A stretch of DNA of 64,000 bases from Terriglobia bacterium (GTDB lineage: Bacteria > Acidobacteriota > Terriglobia > 2-12-FULL-54-10), in contig CAXVYR010000003.1 in the NCBI GenBank assembly GCA_963666975.2, positions 576,001-640,000 of the forward strand, read 5' to 3'. Shown here one piece after another: positions 20,324 through 30,208 of this stretch (position 1 is its first letter; the number at the start of each line of letters is the position of its first letter). The position numbers were made by a program, and so were the translations under genes. Below the pieces are notes generated by a model. It was not told the DNA's origin. It did no database searches and saw nothing but the letters and a program-made list of their open reading frames with translations.

Positions 20324-21880
20324 ATGGCCACCGCAAAAGTTGCAACCCCAAGTAAGCTAGATATTAGCAGTCTCCGGAGCACGCTGGAATCGCTGCGAGG
20401 CACAGATGACCTGCTGGTTTCCGATAAGGAAATCAATCCAGCTCTGGAGCTGGCGGGTCTTGCCAAGCAGTTCGACGGCGGATCGGCGATGCTCTTTGAG
20501 CGTGTCAAAGGCTATCCCAACGGCCGTTTGCTGACCAATCTTTTTGCCACCGAACAGCGCGTCACTCGCCTGTTTGGCGTGGAGGACCCCAAAAAATTCA
20601 AGTTCAAATGCGTGGAAGCCATCCATAACCCGATCCTGCCCAAAGTGGTCCAGGACGCGCCCTGCCAGGAAGTCGTCATCGATAAGAACATCAACGTCTG
20701 GGATATTGTCCCTATGATTCAGCACACCGAGAAGGACCCCGGACGCACCCTGGGAGGCGGCAACACCCTGGTTACGGGCAAGTACTTCTGGGGCGGGGAC
20801 CACATCAGCTATAACCGCATGAATTTCCGTGGTCCGGACTACTCCAGTTTTCAGATTTCTCCCGGTTCTCACACCGACATGATCGCCACCGAGTGGTACA
20901 GAAAAGAGCATATTCCCATGACCATCAACATGGGGGTTCCGCCGGCTTGCACGCTGATGGCCGGCGGCGGTTTCTGCTACATGGTTCTGCACAAGGGTTG
21001 CAGCGAGCTGGGCGTGGCCGGAGCCGTACAAGGCTACCCGGTGGATCTGGTCCAGGCGAAAACCGTGGACGCCAAAAGCATCGCCCAGGCGGAGTACGTG
21101 ATCGAGGGTTATCTGGACACCACGCAGAAGGTCTGGGAGAGCGAGGAGTCGGAGAAGACTCAACAGCAAGGTGTCTATCCCTTCCATCCCGAGTGGGCCG
21201 GCTACATGGGCAAGGCTTATCGCACTTACAAATTCCAGGTTACTGCCGTCACGCACCGGAAAGACAAGCCCATTTACTACCCCTCGATCGTGCACAGCTA
21301 CGACGACAAGCACATCGACACCATGATGCGCGAAGCGATGTTCTATGAAATCGCCGACCGTATTTGCCCCGGACTTTGCATTGACACCCACATCGCCATG
21401 CCGCTCACCGACTGGGGCGGGGTGATCTTCCAGATCAAGAAGCGCCGCGCGCGCGATGAGGGCTTCCAGAAGAATATCCTGGCGGCTGCTCTTTCCACCT
21501 CCATGGGCCTGCGCATGGCCATTGCCGTCGACGAGGACATTAACATTTACTCCATGGACGACATGATGTGGGCCCTCACCACTCGCATCGAGCCCGTCAA
21601 CGGAATCCAGATTGTCGCCCGCGGCGGAGCCGGCCAGACCTTCCAGCCCGCGGACCGCAGCTCGGCGGGTGACCGGGATTGGACGCAGACCAATATCCGG
21701 TTCGGCGGCGGAATGGGCTTCGATGCCACCATGCCGTTCAAATTTAAGGATGCCTTCGAGCGGCCGCCCTATCCGATTAACCTGGTTGACGCCTCGAAGT
21801 GGTTTAGCAAGGAAGATATTGCACACTCCCAGGCGAAGATGACCGAGTACGGGAAGTACATGGCGCGCACGGGCTTTTAG
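20324..21880 (+). CDS. UbiD-family prFMN-dependent decarboxylase, phthaloyl-CoA decarboxylase-like
   Basis: YNRMNFR..FQISPGSH, FHPEWAGYMGKAY, TDWGG, DIYSMDD.MW.LTTR, C-terminal ARTG; these match my recollection of the PhtDa/Pcd clade. Confidence 0.85.
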   Translation: MATAKVATPSKLDISSLRSTLESLRGTDDLLVSDKEINPALELAGLAKQFDGGSAMLFERVKGYPNGRLLTNLFATEQRVTRLFGVEDPKKFKFKCVEAIHNPILPKVVQDAPCQEVVIDKNINVWDIVPMIQHTEKDPGRTLGGGNTLVTGKYFWGGDHISYNRMNFRGPDYSSFQISPGSHTDMIATEWYRKEHIPMTINMGVPPACTLMAGGGFCYMVLHKGCSELGVAGAVQGYPVDLVQAKTVDAKSIAQAEYVIEGYLDTTQKVWESEESEKTQQQGVYPFHPEWAGYMGKAYRTYKFQVTAVTHRKDKPIYYPSIVHSYDDKHIDTMMREAMFYEIADRICPGLCIDTHIAMPLTDWGGVIFQIKKRRARDEGFQKNILAAALSTSMGLRMAIAVDEDINIYSMDDMMWALTTRIEPVNGIQIVARGGAGQTFQPADRSSAGDRDWTQTNIRFGGGMGFDATMPFKFKDAFERPPYPINLVDASKWFSKEDIAHSQAKMTEYGKYMARTGF

Positions 21881-21997
21881 CAGCGCCCGCGCAATGAAGC
21901 TGTATTGGAAGCCAGGCCATCCCCGCTGGGGAGGGTTCTGGCTTCTGCTATTCTGGCCCGCCGCAGCTCTGGGCCGGGCGGATAGAGATGAAACCCG

Positions 21998-23284
21998 ATG
22001 GGAAAGCTTCCCAAAACAAATCCTGCTGAGAGCACATCTGCCCTGGATGGCTATCGCGTCCTGGATTTGACCACTCCTCTGGGGCATCCTTGCGGAAAAA
22101 TCCTGGGCGAGATGGGCGCGGACGTAATCAAGATCGAGCCGCCGTCAGGGGACGCCGGGAGGTCGCGAAGCCCGTTCTACAAGGACCCCTCCGGTAATGA
22201 TCACAGCCTCTTTTGGATCTCCTACAACACCAACAAACGCGGCGTCACGCTCAACCTGGAATCCGCCGAGGGGCGCGCCATCCTGACCAGGATGGCGAAG
22301 GAAGCGGACTTCCTTCTGGAATCCTATCCTCCTGGCTATATGGATTCTTTAGGATTGGGATTCAATCAGTTATCCGCCCAGAACCCTAAGCTGATCTACA
22401 CGGCGATCACGCCGTTTGGCCAGTCCGGACCGTACCGGGATTTCCGGGGCGGGGACCTGGAGATTATGGCGCTTTCCGGGCTCATGTCGCTCACCGGCTA
22501 CCCAGGAAAGGAGCCGTTGCGAATATCCCTATCCCAGTCCGAGGCATGGACCTCGCTCTATGCAACCATGGGAGCCCTTACGGCGCTCTCTCACCGGCAG
22601 GCGAATGGCGGGAGCGGCCAGTTTGTGGATGTCTCGGCACAGGCGGTCTGCGTTATCCTGTGCGCCCACGCTCCCTGGTTCTGGGACTACAACCGGGACA
22701 CTCCCAGCCGGGAGGGCGAGTTCATGACGGGGCGCACCATTACCGGCGCCAAGTTCCGCACGATCTGGCCCTGCAAGGATGGTTACCTGACCTTCATCAT
22801 CTACGGCGGCCCCGCCGGACAGAAGACCAACTACGAACTGACGAAATGGATGGAGAGCTTGGGCATGGCCCCCGATTGCATGAAGCAAAAAGGGGACTGG
22901 TCACAATTCGAAGTCGCCACCATCACCCAGCCGGAAGTGGACGAGATGGAAGAAGCGATCAGCAAGTTCTTTGTCAACATAACAAAAGCGGAATATTTGA
23001 AAGGAGTGGCTGAACGTGGCATGCTGGGCTACCCGGTCGCTTCCGCCGATGATATCTTGGCCGACGACCAACTCCAGGACCGGAACTTCTGGCAGCCGCT
23101 GGAGCAGCCGGGCCGCGACCAACCCTTAAAATTTCCTGGTGCTTTCGCAAAATTTTCCGGCATGGAATGCGGAACCCGCTTCCGTGCTCCTCTGCTTGGC
23201 GAGCACAACCAAGCCGTCTACGGGGATGAGATGGGGTTTTCTTCCCAGGAAATTTCTCGATTGCGTGAGGCAGGGGTTGTCTAA
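21998..23284 (+). CDS. family III (CaiB/BaiF) CoA-transferase, subunit 1
   Basis: LDGYRVLDL, GADVIKIEPP.GD, NTNKRGVTLNL, APLLGEHN; Glu (QSEAW) where the catalytic Asp is expected. Confidence 0.92.
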   Translation: MGKLPKTNPAESTSALDGYRVLDLTTPLGHPCGKILGEMGADVIKIEPPSGDAGRSRSPFYKDPSGNDHSLFWISYNTNKRGVTLNLESAEGRAILTRMAKEADFLLESYPPGYMDSLGLGFNQLSAQNPKLIYTAITPFGQSGPYRDFRGGDLEIMALSGLMSLTGYPGKEPLRISLSQSEAWTSLYATMGALTALSHRQANGGSGQFVDVSAQAVCVILCAHAPWFWDYNRDTPSREGEFMTGRTITGAKFRTIWPCKDGYLTFIIYGGPAGQKTNYELTKWMESLGMAPDCMKQKGDWSQFEVATITQPEVDEMEEAISKFFVNITKAEYLKGVAERGMLGYPVASADDILADDQLQDRNFWQPLEQPGRDQPLKFPGAFAKFSGMECGTRFRAPLLGEHNQAVYGDEMGFSSQEISRLREAGVV

Positions 23285-23331
23285 GCAATAGGCTTGTATA
23301 AGTAATACGCTCTTATACGGAATCAGAAGCG

Positions 23332-24585
23332 ATGAGCCAACAGGCACTAGAAGGCATTACCGTAGTGGAGTTCACCGCATTTGCGGCGGGGCCGTGTATT
23401 GGGAAATACATGGCCAACCACGGCGCGTTTGTCGTCAAGGTGGAATCCGCCAGTCGTCTGGATGGCTTCCGGACCCACTATCCTCCCTTTAAGGACAACA
23501 TCAAGGGCTGGAACCGGTCCGGCACGTTTGCCATGAACAACGACTGCGTCCACAGCATCGGGCTGAACCTGAAGGTGCCTGCGGGGGTGGAGACGGCAAA
23601 AAAGTTGGTCGCCAAGGCCGACGTCGTCGTGGAAAACTTTACGCCCGGAACGATGAGCAAGCTCGGGTTGAGCTACGATGTGCTGGAACCCATCAATCCG
23701 CGGCTCGTCATGCTGAGCACATGCAACCTGGGGCAGACAGGACCCCGCGCGGAGCATCCCGGTTTTGGCTCGCAGCTTACCTCCCTCAGCGGATTCACGC
23801 ACCTGGCTGGAGAGGCTGGCGGGCCGCCGATGCTTATTTACGGCCCATACATCGACTACATCGCCGTCGGCTACGGTTATATCGCCGTCCTGGCTGCGCT
23901 CGAACACCGCCGCAAGACAGGCAAGGGCCAGTATATCGACCTTGCCCAGTACGAAGGAGGAGCGCATTTTCTGGCCCCCGCGCTGCTGGAGTACCAACTG
24001 CTCGGGACAGCTCCTGAACGGCAGGGAAACCATCACCTGGAGGCGGCGCCGCACGCGGCTTATCGCTGCGCGGGCGAGGGTAACTGGTGCGTCATCAGCG
24101 CCATGGACGACGCCGAATGGAAGCGTCTGGTCGAAGCCATAGGCAGCCCGGCTTGGGCCACAAGCCTCCGCTTTGCCACTCAGCTTGCGCGCAAGGAGAA
24201 TGAGGCGGAACTGGACAAGCACATCGCGGAGTGGACAAGCACTCGCGATGCTCAGGAAGTGATGGAAACCCTGCAAAAAGCAGGCGTCCACGCGGGGAAG
24301 GTGAACACCGTCCCGGAACTGTTTACCGACCCGCAACTGGCTCATCGCCGCTACTGGCGGCCTGTCGAGCACAAGGAGGTCGGCAAGCACCACGCCATGC
24401 TGCCTGCCTTCAATCTCTCCGCCACGCCTTGCGCAGACCCTCGCCCGGAGCCTTGCCTCTGCGAACACACCGAGATGGTTCTCGAAAAACTCCTCGGGCT
24501 ATCCAAAGCTGAGATCGACAATCTGGCCAGCCAGGGCGCAGTGGAACTGGAAAAGTCTCTCACACCCGCCACAAGCAAATCGTAG
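23332..24585 (+). CDS. family III (CaiB/BaiF) CoA-transferase, subunit 2
   Basis: LEGITVVEF, ADVVVENFTPG, PYIDY (catalytic Asp), GKGQYIDLAQYE. Confidence 0.92.
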   Translation: MSQQALEGITVVEFTAFAAGPCIGKYMANHGAFVVKVESASRLDGFRTHYPPFKDNIKGWNRSGTFAMNNDCVHSIGLNLKVPAGVETAKKLVAKADVVVENFTPGTMSKLGLSYDVLEPINPRLVMLSTCNLGQTGPRAEHPGFGSQLTSLSGFTHLAGEAGGPPMLIYGPYIDYIAVGYGYIAVLAALEHRRKTGKGQYIDLAQYEGGAHFLAPALLEYQLLGTAPERQGNHHLEAAPHAAYRCAGEGNWCVISAMDDAEWKRLVEAIGSPAWATSLRFATQLARKENEAELDKHIAEWTSTRDAQEVMETLQKAGVHAGKVNTVPELFTDPQLAHRRYWRPVEHKEVGKHHAMLPAFNLSATPCADPRPEPCLCEHTEMVLEKLLGLSKAEIDNLASQGAVELEKSLTPATSKS

Positions 24586-24600
24586 GCTGACTAATCTTTG

Positions 24601-24682
24601 GTAGCCCCGGCGAATTGTTTTTTCGCCGTGGGCTTTTCTGCCCGCAACGACCCACGACGAGGAGAGCGCTCGTCGTGGCTAC
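24601..24682. repeat. GTAG-type REP doublet (REPIN-like)
   Basis: GTAGCCCCGGCGAA..TTCGCCGTGGG followed by the inverted copy CCCACGACGAG..CTCGTCGTGGCTAC. Confidence 0.75.
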
Positions 24683-24687
24683 CACTG

Positions 24688-24774
24688 CTTTCCGAGACTG
24701 AAATCGATGATCTGGCCAGCCAGGGTGCAATTGAACTGGAAAAGTCGCTTACACCTGCCGCAAGCAAACCTTAG
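24688..24774 (+). pseudogene. diverged duplicate of the CoA-transferase 3' end
   Basis: Encodes LSETEIDDLASQGAIELEKSLTPAASKP* versus the gene end LSKAEIDNLASQGAVELEKSLTPATSKS*. Confidence 0.85.
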
Positions 24775-24817
24775 AGCAAATTCAAAGTTGCTGTATAGCT
24801 TTCCAGAACGCTCGTGA

Positions 24818-25020
24818 AGCCCCAGAGGGGCGTAAGAGTTTAGCCCACGGCGCCAGCCGTGGGTGGGAAAAGCCACGTCGGATCAGCCCCGGAAGGGGCG
24901 CCAGAAGAGGTGAAAGAGGAGGCCGGAGTGTCTTTCGCCCCTCCGGGGCTTGGGTAATACCGGTCCCCGTTGTCCCAGGGCTTCCGCCCTGGGCTAGATT
25001 CTGCCGCCCTTGCAGGGCTG
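24818..25020. repeat. composite REP-like inverted-repeat element (family B)
   Basis: AGCCCCxGAxGGGCG units, CCCACGGCGCCAGCCGTGGG and CCCAGGGCTTCCGCCCTGGG hairpins, mirrored CGCCCCTCCGGGGCT. Confidence 0.75.
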
Positions 25021-25080
25021 TGAAGCACCACCTGAACAAGCACAGATTCCCACTTCGCAAATATGGGATAAGGACTTAGA

Positions 25081-25794
25081 ATGGGTGCGATGCGAATGGA
25101 TCAAACACAACTTCTGGTTGAGGTCGAAGATCTGATTAGAACAAGGCCTACGACTGCATTCGTGGCAAATACTGACGTGGAGCTAGCTTGGTTAGGGCGG
25201 TTGACGGCGGTGATTGAAAATTGGAACTCAACCATTCATTTCTCTCTCAATAATAGCATAGATCGATTAGACGGAACAGCGTCATCTAATCGCAGGGGCC
25301 TTCGTGAAATTATGCTTTTACTGCATCATGCGCGGCATGATCTCCGAATGAAGACGATTGGCCCTGCCAATCTAGCGGTTCCACAGGGAGAAGTCTTTCA
25401 ATATTTCGATGAAATTCGCAAAATCATCGAACTCGCACGACAAGACGTTCTTTTTGTTGATCCGTATCTTGATGCGGAGTTTGTCTCTCGCTATTTGCCC
25501 CACATCGCAGATGGTGTCACCGTTCGCTTACTTGCAAGGGAAAGAGTCGCAACACTGATCCCTGCAGTGGAGGTCTTTGCCAAACAAAATAAAAAGAGAA
25601 TAGAAGTTCGATCAACTCCGAATTTCCACGATCGTTACGTCTTCGTCGACAAAACTTCCTGCTATCAGTCCGGAGCTTCTTTCAAGGACGGCGCGAAATC
25701 GGCGCCGACGACACTTACACAGATCACGGATGCCTTTGACGCAGTTTTGAAAACTTATGAGGATATCTGGAGCGGGGCGAAAGTCGAACGCTGA
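25081..25794 (+). CDS. hypothetical protein with C-terminal PLD-like nuclease-fold domain
   Basis: VLFVDPYLD...HDRYVFVD...YQSGASFKD resembles the HDR(F/Y)xxxD variant of the HKD motif; AT-richer than its flanks. Confidence 0.7.
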   Translation: MGAMRMDQTQLLVEVEDLIRTRPTTAFVANTDVELAWLGRLTAVIENWNSTIHFSLNNSIDRLDGTASSNRRGLREIMLLLHHARHDLRMKTIGPANLAVPQGEVFQYFDEIRKIIELARQDVLFVDPYLDAEFVSRYLPHIADGVTVRLLARERVATLIPAVEVFAKQNKKRIEVRSTPNFHDRYVFVDKTSCYQSGASFKDGAKSAPTTLTQITDAFDAVLKTYEDIWSGAKVER

Positions 25795-25938
25795 GCATCA
25801 TTCTTATCGGCGAGTTAGGCTGTGATCAGGTGTAATTTAACACCGGATTTCCGATATAAACTTTCAGCGGCAAACTTATAGTGACCTCCGAAGTCAATAA
25901 GGATAATCTGGTTCGAGAAAACAGAAAGAGGGACCCAG

Positions 25939-27099
25939 ATGCAAAAGGCTGAGTTCGAGGAAATTGCCCATTGCGGTGGCCAAGTGATCTTCAGCGTGAA
26001 GACGAATCAGAAGGGCCAGCGCGGTTACCAGATTACCTGGCAACATAGTCGGCCCGTTGCATGTGGAATCTTTGCCGTATACGCGATTCCCCAAGGAGTT
26101 CCAGTTGACACGATCCAACTTGGCGGGATCGGCCAGCCTTGGAACTCTCCTCCAATTCCCAACTGCATTTCAGTGTTCATCGCGTCTGACAGCGAGGGCA
26201 GGTATGGACATCAATGCCCAGCGTGTCAGGGTTATTGGCGGTCCAACGGTCTGCCTTCTACCTGCCCGTATTGCGGACTGCCTGGACATGCGCACGAGTT
26301 CCTAACAGCGGCCCAGAGGCGCTACGTCAAGCAATACTGTGACCGTCTTGTTGAGGCGATGAACGCCAAAGAAGACGGCGATCATGTGATCGACATGGAC
26401 GCTGTGGCTGACGCCGCCGGAAAGGTGGGCGACAAGCCGCCGTTTTATTACACAGAAGAGAGCCAGCAGAACAATTTTACTTGCAATGCTTGCGGTGAAT
26501 TCAACGACATCCTCGGGACTTATGGATATTGCTCTTTCTGCGGGACCCGGAATGATTTTCAAGAGATGGATGCCAATACGATCCCAGGAATCCGTAAGAG
26601 AATCAATGCTGGCGGTTCTTATGAGGATTGCGTCAGGGACGCAGTCGCTGCCTTCGATTCATTTGTCGGCCGCTATGTCGAGCAACTCGGCCGGATTCCC
26701 ATGACTCCACGCCGCAAGGCGCGGTTCAAGAAGATGAGTTTTCACAATCTGAAGGCGGTCGCAGAAGAACTGAGAACGGTGTTCGACATCGATGTCCTCG
26801 ATAACATGAAGTCCGAGGACATCGAGTTTGCTGCGCTGATGTTTCATCGGCGGCATGTCTACGAGCACAAGGGCGGTGAAGCCGATCAAAAATACATTTA
26901 TGACAGCGGTGATACGTCAGTCAAGCCGAAACAGGCACTTCACGAGACTCAGGAATCGGCACATAAGCTTGCCAGTCTCGTCGTGAAGATGGCTCGTAAT
27001 CTGCATCGTGGATTTAACGACATCTTTCCGCCCGACGAGGCACCAACTCAGAGACACGAGCGTAGCGTCCAGCGTTTGGCAGAGCTTCAGTCTCCCTAG
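25939..27099 (+). CDS. Zn-ribbon + HEPN-like protein
   Basis: Four CxxC pairs (CPAC, CPYC, CNAC, CSFC) and an RRHVYEH (RxxxxH) motif in a helical C-terminal domain. Confidence 0.7.
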   Translation: MQKAEFEEIAHCGGQVIFSVKTNQKGQRGYQITWQHSRPVACGIFAVYAIPQGVPVDTIQLGGIGQPWNSPPIPNCISVFIASDSEGRYGHQCPACQGYWRSNGLPSTCPYCGLPGHAHEFLTAAQRRYVKQYCDRLVEAMNAKEDGDHVIDMDAVADAAGKVGDKPPFYYTEESQQNNFTCNACGEFNDILGTYGYCSFCGTRNDFQEMDANTIPGIRKRINAGGSYEDCVRDAVAAFDSFVGRYVEQLGRIPMTPRRKARFKKMSFHNLKAVAEELRTVFDIDVLDNMKSEDIEFAALMFHRRHVYEHKGGEADQKYIYDSGDTSVKPKQALHETQESAHKLASLVVKMARNLHRGFNDIFPPDEAPTQRHERSVQRLAELQSP

Positions 27100-27166
27100 C
27101 TCGTTTTATGCTCTTCTCGCTGAATATTCCTCTCGTAGGAAGAGAACCGGAGGCCTCCGACCGGAT

Positions 27167-27257
27167 AATCCGAGCCGCGACCGTGAGGGAGCGGTTCAAA
27201 AAATGACTTAATCGACCAGCGTTTGGTGTCCGCTTGCTTACGCGCGCGGCTCGGATT
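27167..27257. repeat. REP-like inverted repeat (family C)
   Basis: AATCCGAGCCGCG ... CGCGGCTCGGATT 13-bp perfect IR with inner GAGCGG/CCGCTT arms. Confidence 0.7.
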
Positions 27258-27373
27258 GGCTGGGAAGCTGACCGGCAAATGCCGCCATCCTACAAAGCCA
27301 TTTTCTTAACTTTACATAATATATATTATCAGACGTTGTGATTCTGGCAATTGCCACCCAGCCCGGTCGGTTG

Positions 27374-28918
27374 CTAAGGAGAGGCGATTCGGAGGGTTGT
27401 CAGGAACTGGTAATTCCCTGTCGGAAACAGCTCCAGATTGCTGAGCCGCCGGTTATACAAGCTGACGTTGTCCATATACCACAGATGAATATAAGGCAGA
27501 TCGTGGTTGAGAACTTTCTGCAGCTCGGAGTAGTGCTGGCGGCGTTCTTCCAGGCTAGACCCGGCGCGGCCTTGCTCAATGAGCCGGTCGGCCTCCGGGT
27601 TCGAGTAGCGGCCACGGTTGGCTCCTGCGGGCGGCTGCTTGGCGGAGTGAAAGCAGTACTCGAAGATATCCGGGTCGTTGTTGGCTCCGGTCCATCGGAG
27701 CGAGTAGAAATCAAAGCGGCCTTGTGTGACGTCACCATAGAAGGTGGCCCACTCGAAGGAGCGGATTTCCAGAGCAATCCCGATCTGCCGCAACTGCTCT
27801 TGAAAGACGGCGGCCAGCTCGCGGGTGGTCTGGTCGGTGGAGGTTTTCATTTGCAATCGGAGTCGAACGCCGTCCGGACCGGGCACCAAGCCCGCTGCGT
27901 CCAGCAACTCTCTGGCTCTGGCGGGATCGTGAGCGTAGGCTGGCGCGTCCTTTTCATAGGCCCAATGTTGCGGCGGCAGGATGCTGTTGGCGGGACGGAC
28001 CATATCCCTCCACAGATAGGTGATCAGCGCCTGCCGGTCAATTCCGTAGGCAATGGCCTGGCGGACCGGGAGCGTCAGGTCTTTGTTTTCCATATTAAAG
28101 GCCAGGTACTGGTAGTTGGTACCGGGTTCCTGCGCAACCTCCAGGCTTTCTTCCTGGCGCAAGACCTCCACCATATCGGCGCTCAAAGAATTCAGCAGCA
28201 GGTCGGCGCTTCCCTTCCGCATTTCCAGCGCGCGCACGGTGGCGTCGGGAACGACCTTGAAGCGCACGCGCGCGATCCGCGGCGGCGTGGCCCAGTAGTC
28301 CGGGTTGCGCTCCAGGAGCACATCTTCATCCTGCGCCGCGCTCACGAAGCGGAACGGCCCGGAGCCGACGGGATCGAGCGCCACTTCTTGTGCGGACCCG
28401 TCCGGGACGATGCCGATGGCTCCCTGCGTCAGGTTCCACAGAAAAGAGGCGTAGGGCTCTTTCAGGCGGATGACGACGGTCGCATCATCGGGCGTCTCTA
28501 CGGAATCGACCTGCGCGAAGCTGGCGGCCTTGACGCTGGGAAGCTCGCCGGAAAGGAGGCTCGTAAAAGTGTAGCGGACGTCGCTCGCCGTCAAGGGTCT
28601 GCCGTCGTGGAAGCGGACATCTTTACGCAGGTGGAACACATAGGTCAGCGGGTCGGGCGACTCCCAGCTTTCGGCCAGCCAGGGTTGCAAACGGAAGTTG
28701 CGGTCGCTGCGCAGGAGGCTGTCAAAGATCAGCGCCCCAATCCGCTGCGATTGAGCGTCGGTGCCGATGCGCGGGTCCAGGTTCAGCGGAGAGGATTCGA
28801 TCAGCATCACGACGGTTTGCATGTCCCGTTGCGGAGCGCAACCGAACCCGGCCATGCCGAGCAGCCCGATTACTATACCAAGCAACAGGTGTGCAATGCC
28901 TCTGCCCTTATTTCGCAT
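27374..28918 (-). CDS. ABC peptide-binding lipoprotein (family 5, OppA/DppA-like)
   Basis: Lipobox-like AGFGC, LAESWE..DPLTYVFHLRKDVRFHDG, VGSGPFRF; ATG at 28918 overlaps the anmK end. Confidence 0.9.
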   Translation of the reverse strand: MRNKGRGIAHLLLGIVIGLLGMAGFGCAPQRDMQTVVMLIESSPLNLDPRIGTDAQSQRIGALIFDSLLRSDRNFRLQPWLAESWESPDPLTYVFHLRKDVRFHDGRPLTASDVRYTFTSLLSGELPSVKAASFAQVDSVETPDDATVVIRLKEPYASFLWNLTQGAIGIVPDGSAQEVALDPVGSGPFRFVSAAQDEDVLLERNPDYWATPPRIARVRFKVVPDATVRALEMRKGSADLLLNSLSADMVEVLRQEESLEVAQEPGTNYQYLAFNMENKDLTLPVRQAIAYGIDRQALITYLWRDMVRPANSILPPQHWAYEKDAPAYAHDPARARELLDAAGLVPGPDGVRLRLQMKTSTDQTTRELAAVFQEQLRQIGIALEIRSFEWATFYGDVTQGRFDFYSLRWTGANNDPDIFEYCFHSAKQPPAGANRGRYSNPEADRLIEQGRAGSSLEERRQHYSELQKVLNHDLPYIHLWYMDNVSLYNRRLSNLELFPTGNYQFLTTLRIASP

Positions 28919-30086
28919 AGACCACCTTTCCCAGAATTGCCGGATGGCGCGCGCCTGTTGCCGACCTGAGGTTGGAAGCACGCCGGTGAAGCGTGTGGTA
29001 GGCCAGCACCGCAAAGGCTATCGCTTCCTTGCCGTCGGCGGGGATACCGGTGGCGTCCGAGGTGAGAATCCGCAATTTGCCGCTTCCCTTTTCCTGGCCC
29101 TCGCCCAACCGCCGTCGAAGCTCTTTCATCAGGAAAAGATTCTTCACTCCCCCGCCGGACAGAATGCAATCGGCGACGGAAAACTTCGGCAGGACAAATT
29201 TTTTAACGCCGTATGCGATTGATTCCGCCGTCAACGCCGTGGCCGTCGCCAGTGCGTCCCTAGAAGAATGAAATCTGCCCAATGCAAGGAACCGCTTCAA
29301 GTAGTCCCGTCCGAATTGTTCCCGCCCGGTGGTCTTCGGCGGCGGCAGACGGAAATAGGCATGCCGCAGCAGGCGGCGCACCAAGGTCTCGGAGATTTTC
29401 CCCTGCGCTGCCATCTTTCCAGCCGGATCATATCGCTGCTTCCCTTTCGTGGCGCGCTCGGCAAGAGCGTCCAATAACATATTACCGGGGCCGGTATCGA
29501 AGGCAATCACTTCTTCTGGCGTTCCACCCGCAGGAATTGCCGTGAGGTTGGCGATGCCGCCGAGGTTCACCGCTACCCTGCCCCGCCGTGGATGCCGGTA
29601 GAGCAGATAGTCGAGATAGGGAACCAGCGGCGCGCCTCGCCCTCCGGCGGCCACGTCCGCCGTGCGGAAGTCGCCGATGGTGGTGACGCCGGTGCGCTCT
29701 GCGATGACGGCAGGCTCGCCGATTTGCAGAGTGGATTGAACCGGAAGCCCGCAGAAACGGGATGCCTTGTTCTGATGGTGCACAGTCTGTCCGTGGGAGC
29801 CGATCAGACGAAGACTATCTTTCGGGATGCCGGACCGGCGGCACACGTGCAAGCAGGCGCGCGCAAAAAGTTCTCCCAGCAGAAAGTTCATCTGCGAGAG
29901 CTCCGACGCCAGCACGGGAGCACCGCTGGAAATTTCCAGGATTCGGCGGCGGACATCAGGCGGATAGGGCACGAAGCGGGAGGCGCGGAGACGAATGCGC
30001 GTCTTCCACTCGCGTCCTGTAATCTCCGCCAGCGCCACGTCGATGCCGTCGGCTGAGGTCCCGCTCATCATTCCCGCTACAAACAT
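28908..30086 (-). CDS. anmK: anhydro-N-acetylmuramic acid kinase
   Basis: GMMSGTSADGID, GSHGQT, DFRTADVAAGGRGAPLVP, FDTGPGN, KEAIAFA. Confidence 0.95.
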   Translation of the reverse strand: MFVAGMMSGTSADGIDVALAEITGREWKTRIRLRASRFVPYPPDVRRRILEISSGAPVLASELSQMNFLLGELFARACLHVCRRSGIPKDSLRLIGSHGQTVHHQNKASRFCGLPVQSTLQIGEPAVIAERTGVTTIGDFRTADVAAGGRGAPLVPYLDYLLYRHPRRGRVAVNLGGIANLTAIPAGGTPEEVIAFDTGPGNMLLDALAERATKGKQRYDPAGKMAAQGKISETLVRRLLRHAYFRLPPPKTTGREQFGRDYLKRFLALGRFHSSRDALATATALTAESIAYGVKKFVLPKFSVADCILSGGGVKNLFLMKELRRRLGEGQEKGSGKLRILTSDATGIPADGKEAIAFAVLAYHTLHRRASNLRSATGARHPAILGKVVYAK

Positions 30087-30208
30087 CGCTTACTCTGTCC
30101 AGCTACAAGCATGCGCCTCTCTGTGTATTCTTCACCTGATACCTTAACTGACACCCTCACTGACAACAAAACGGATAACATGGCCGGTGGCAGACCAGGC
30201 TACTCGTG

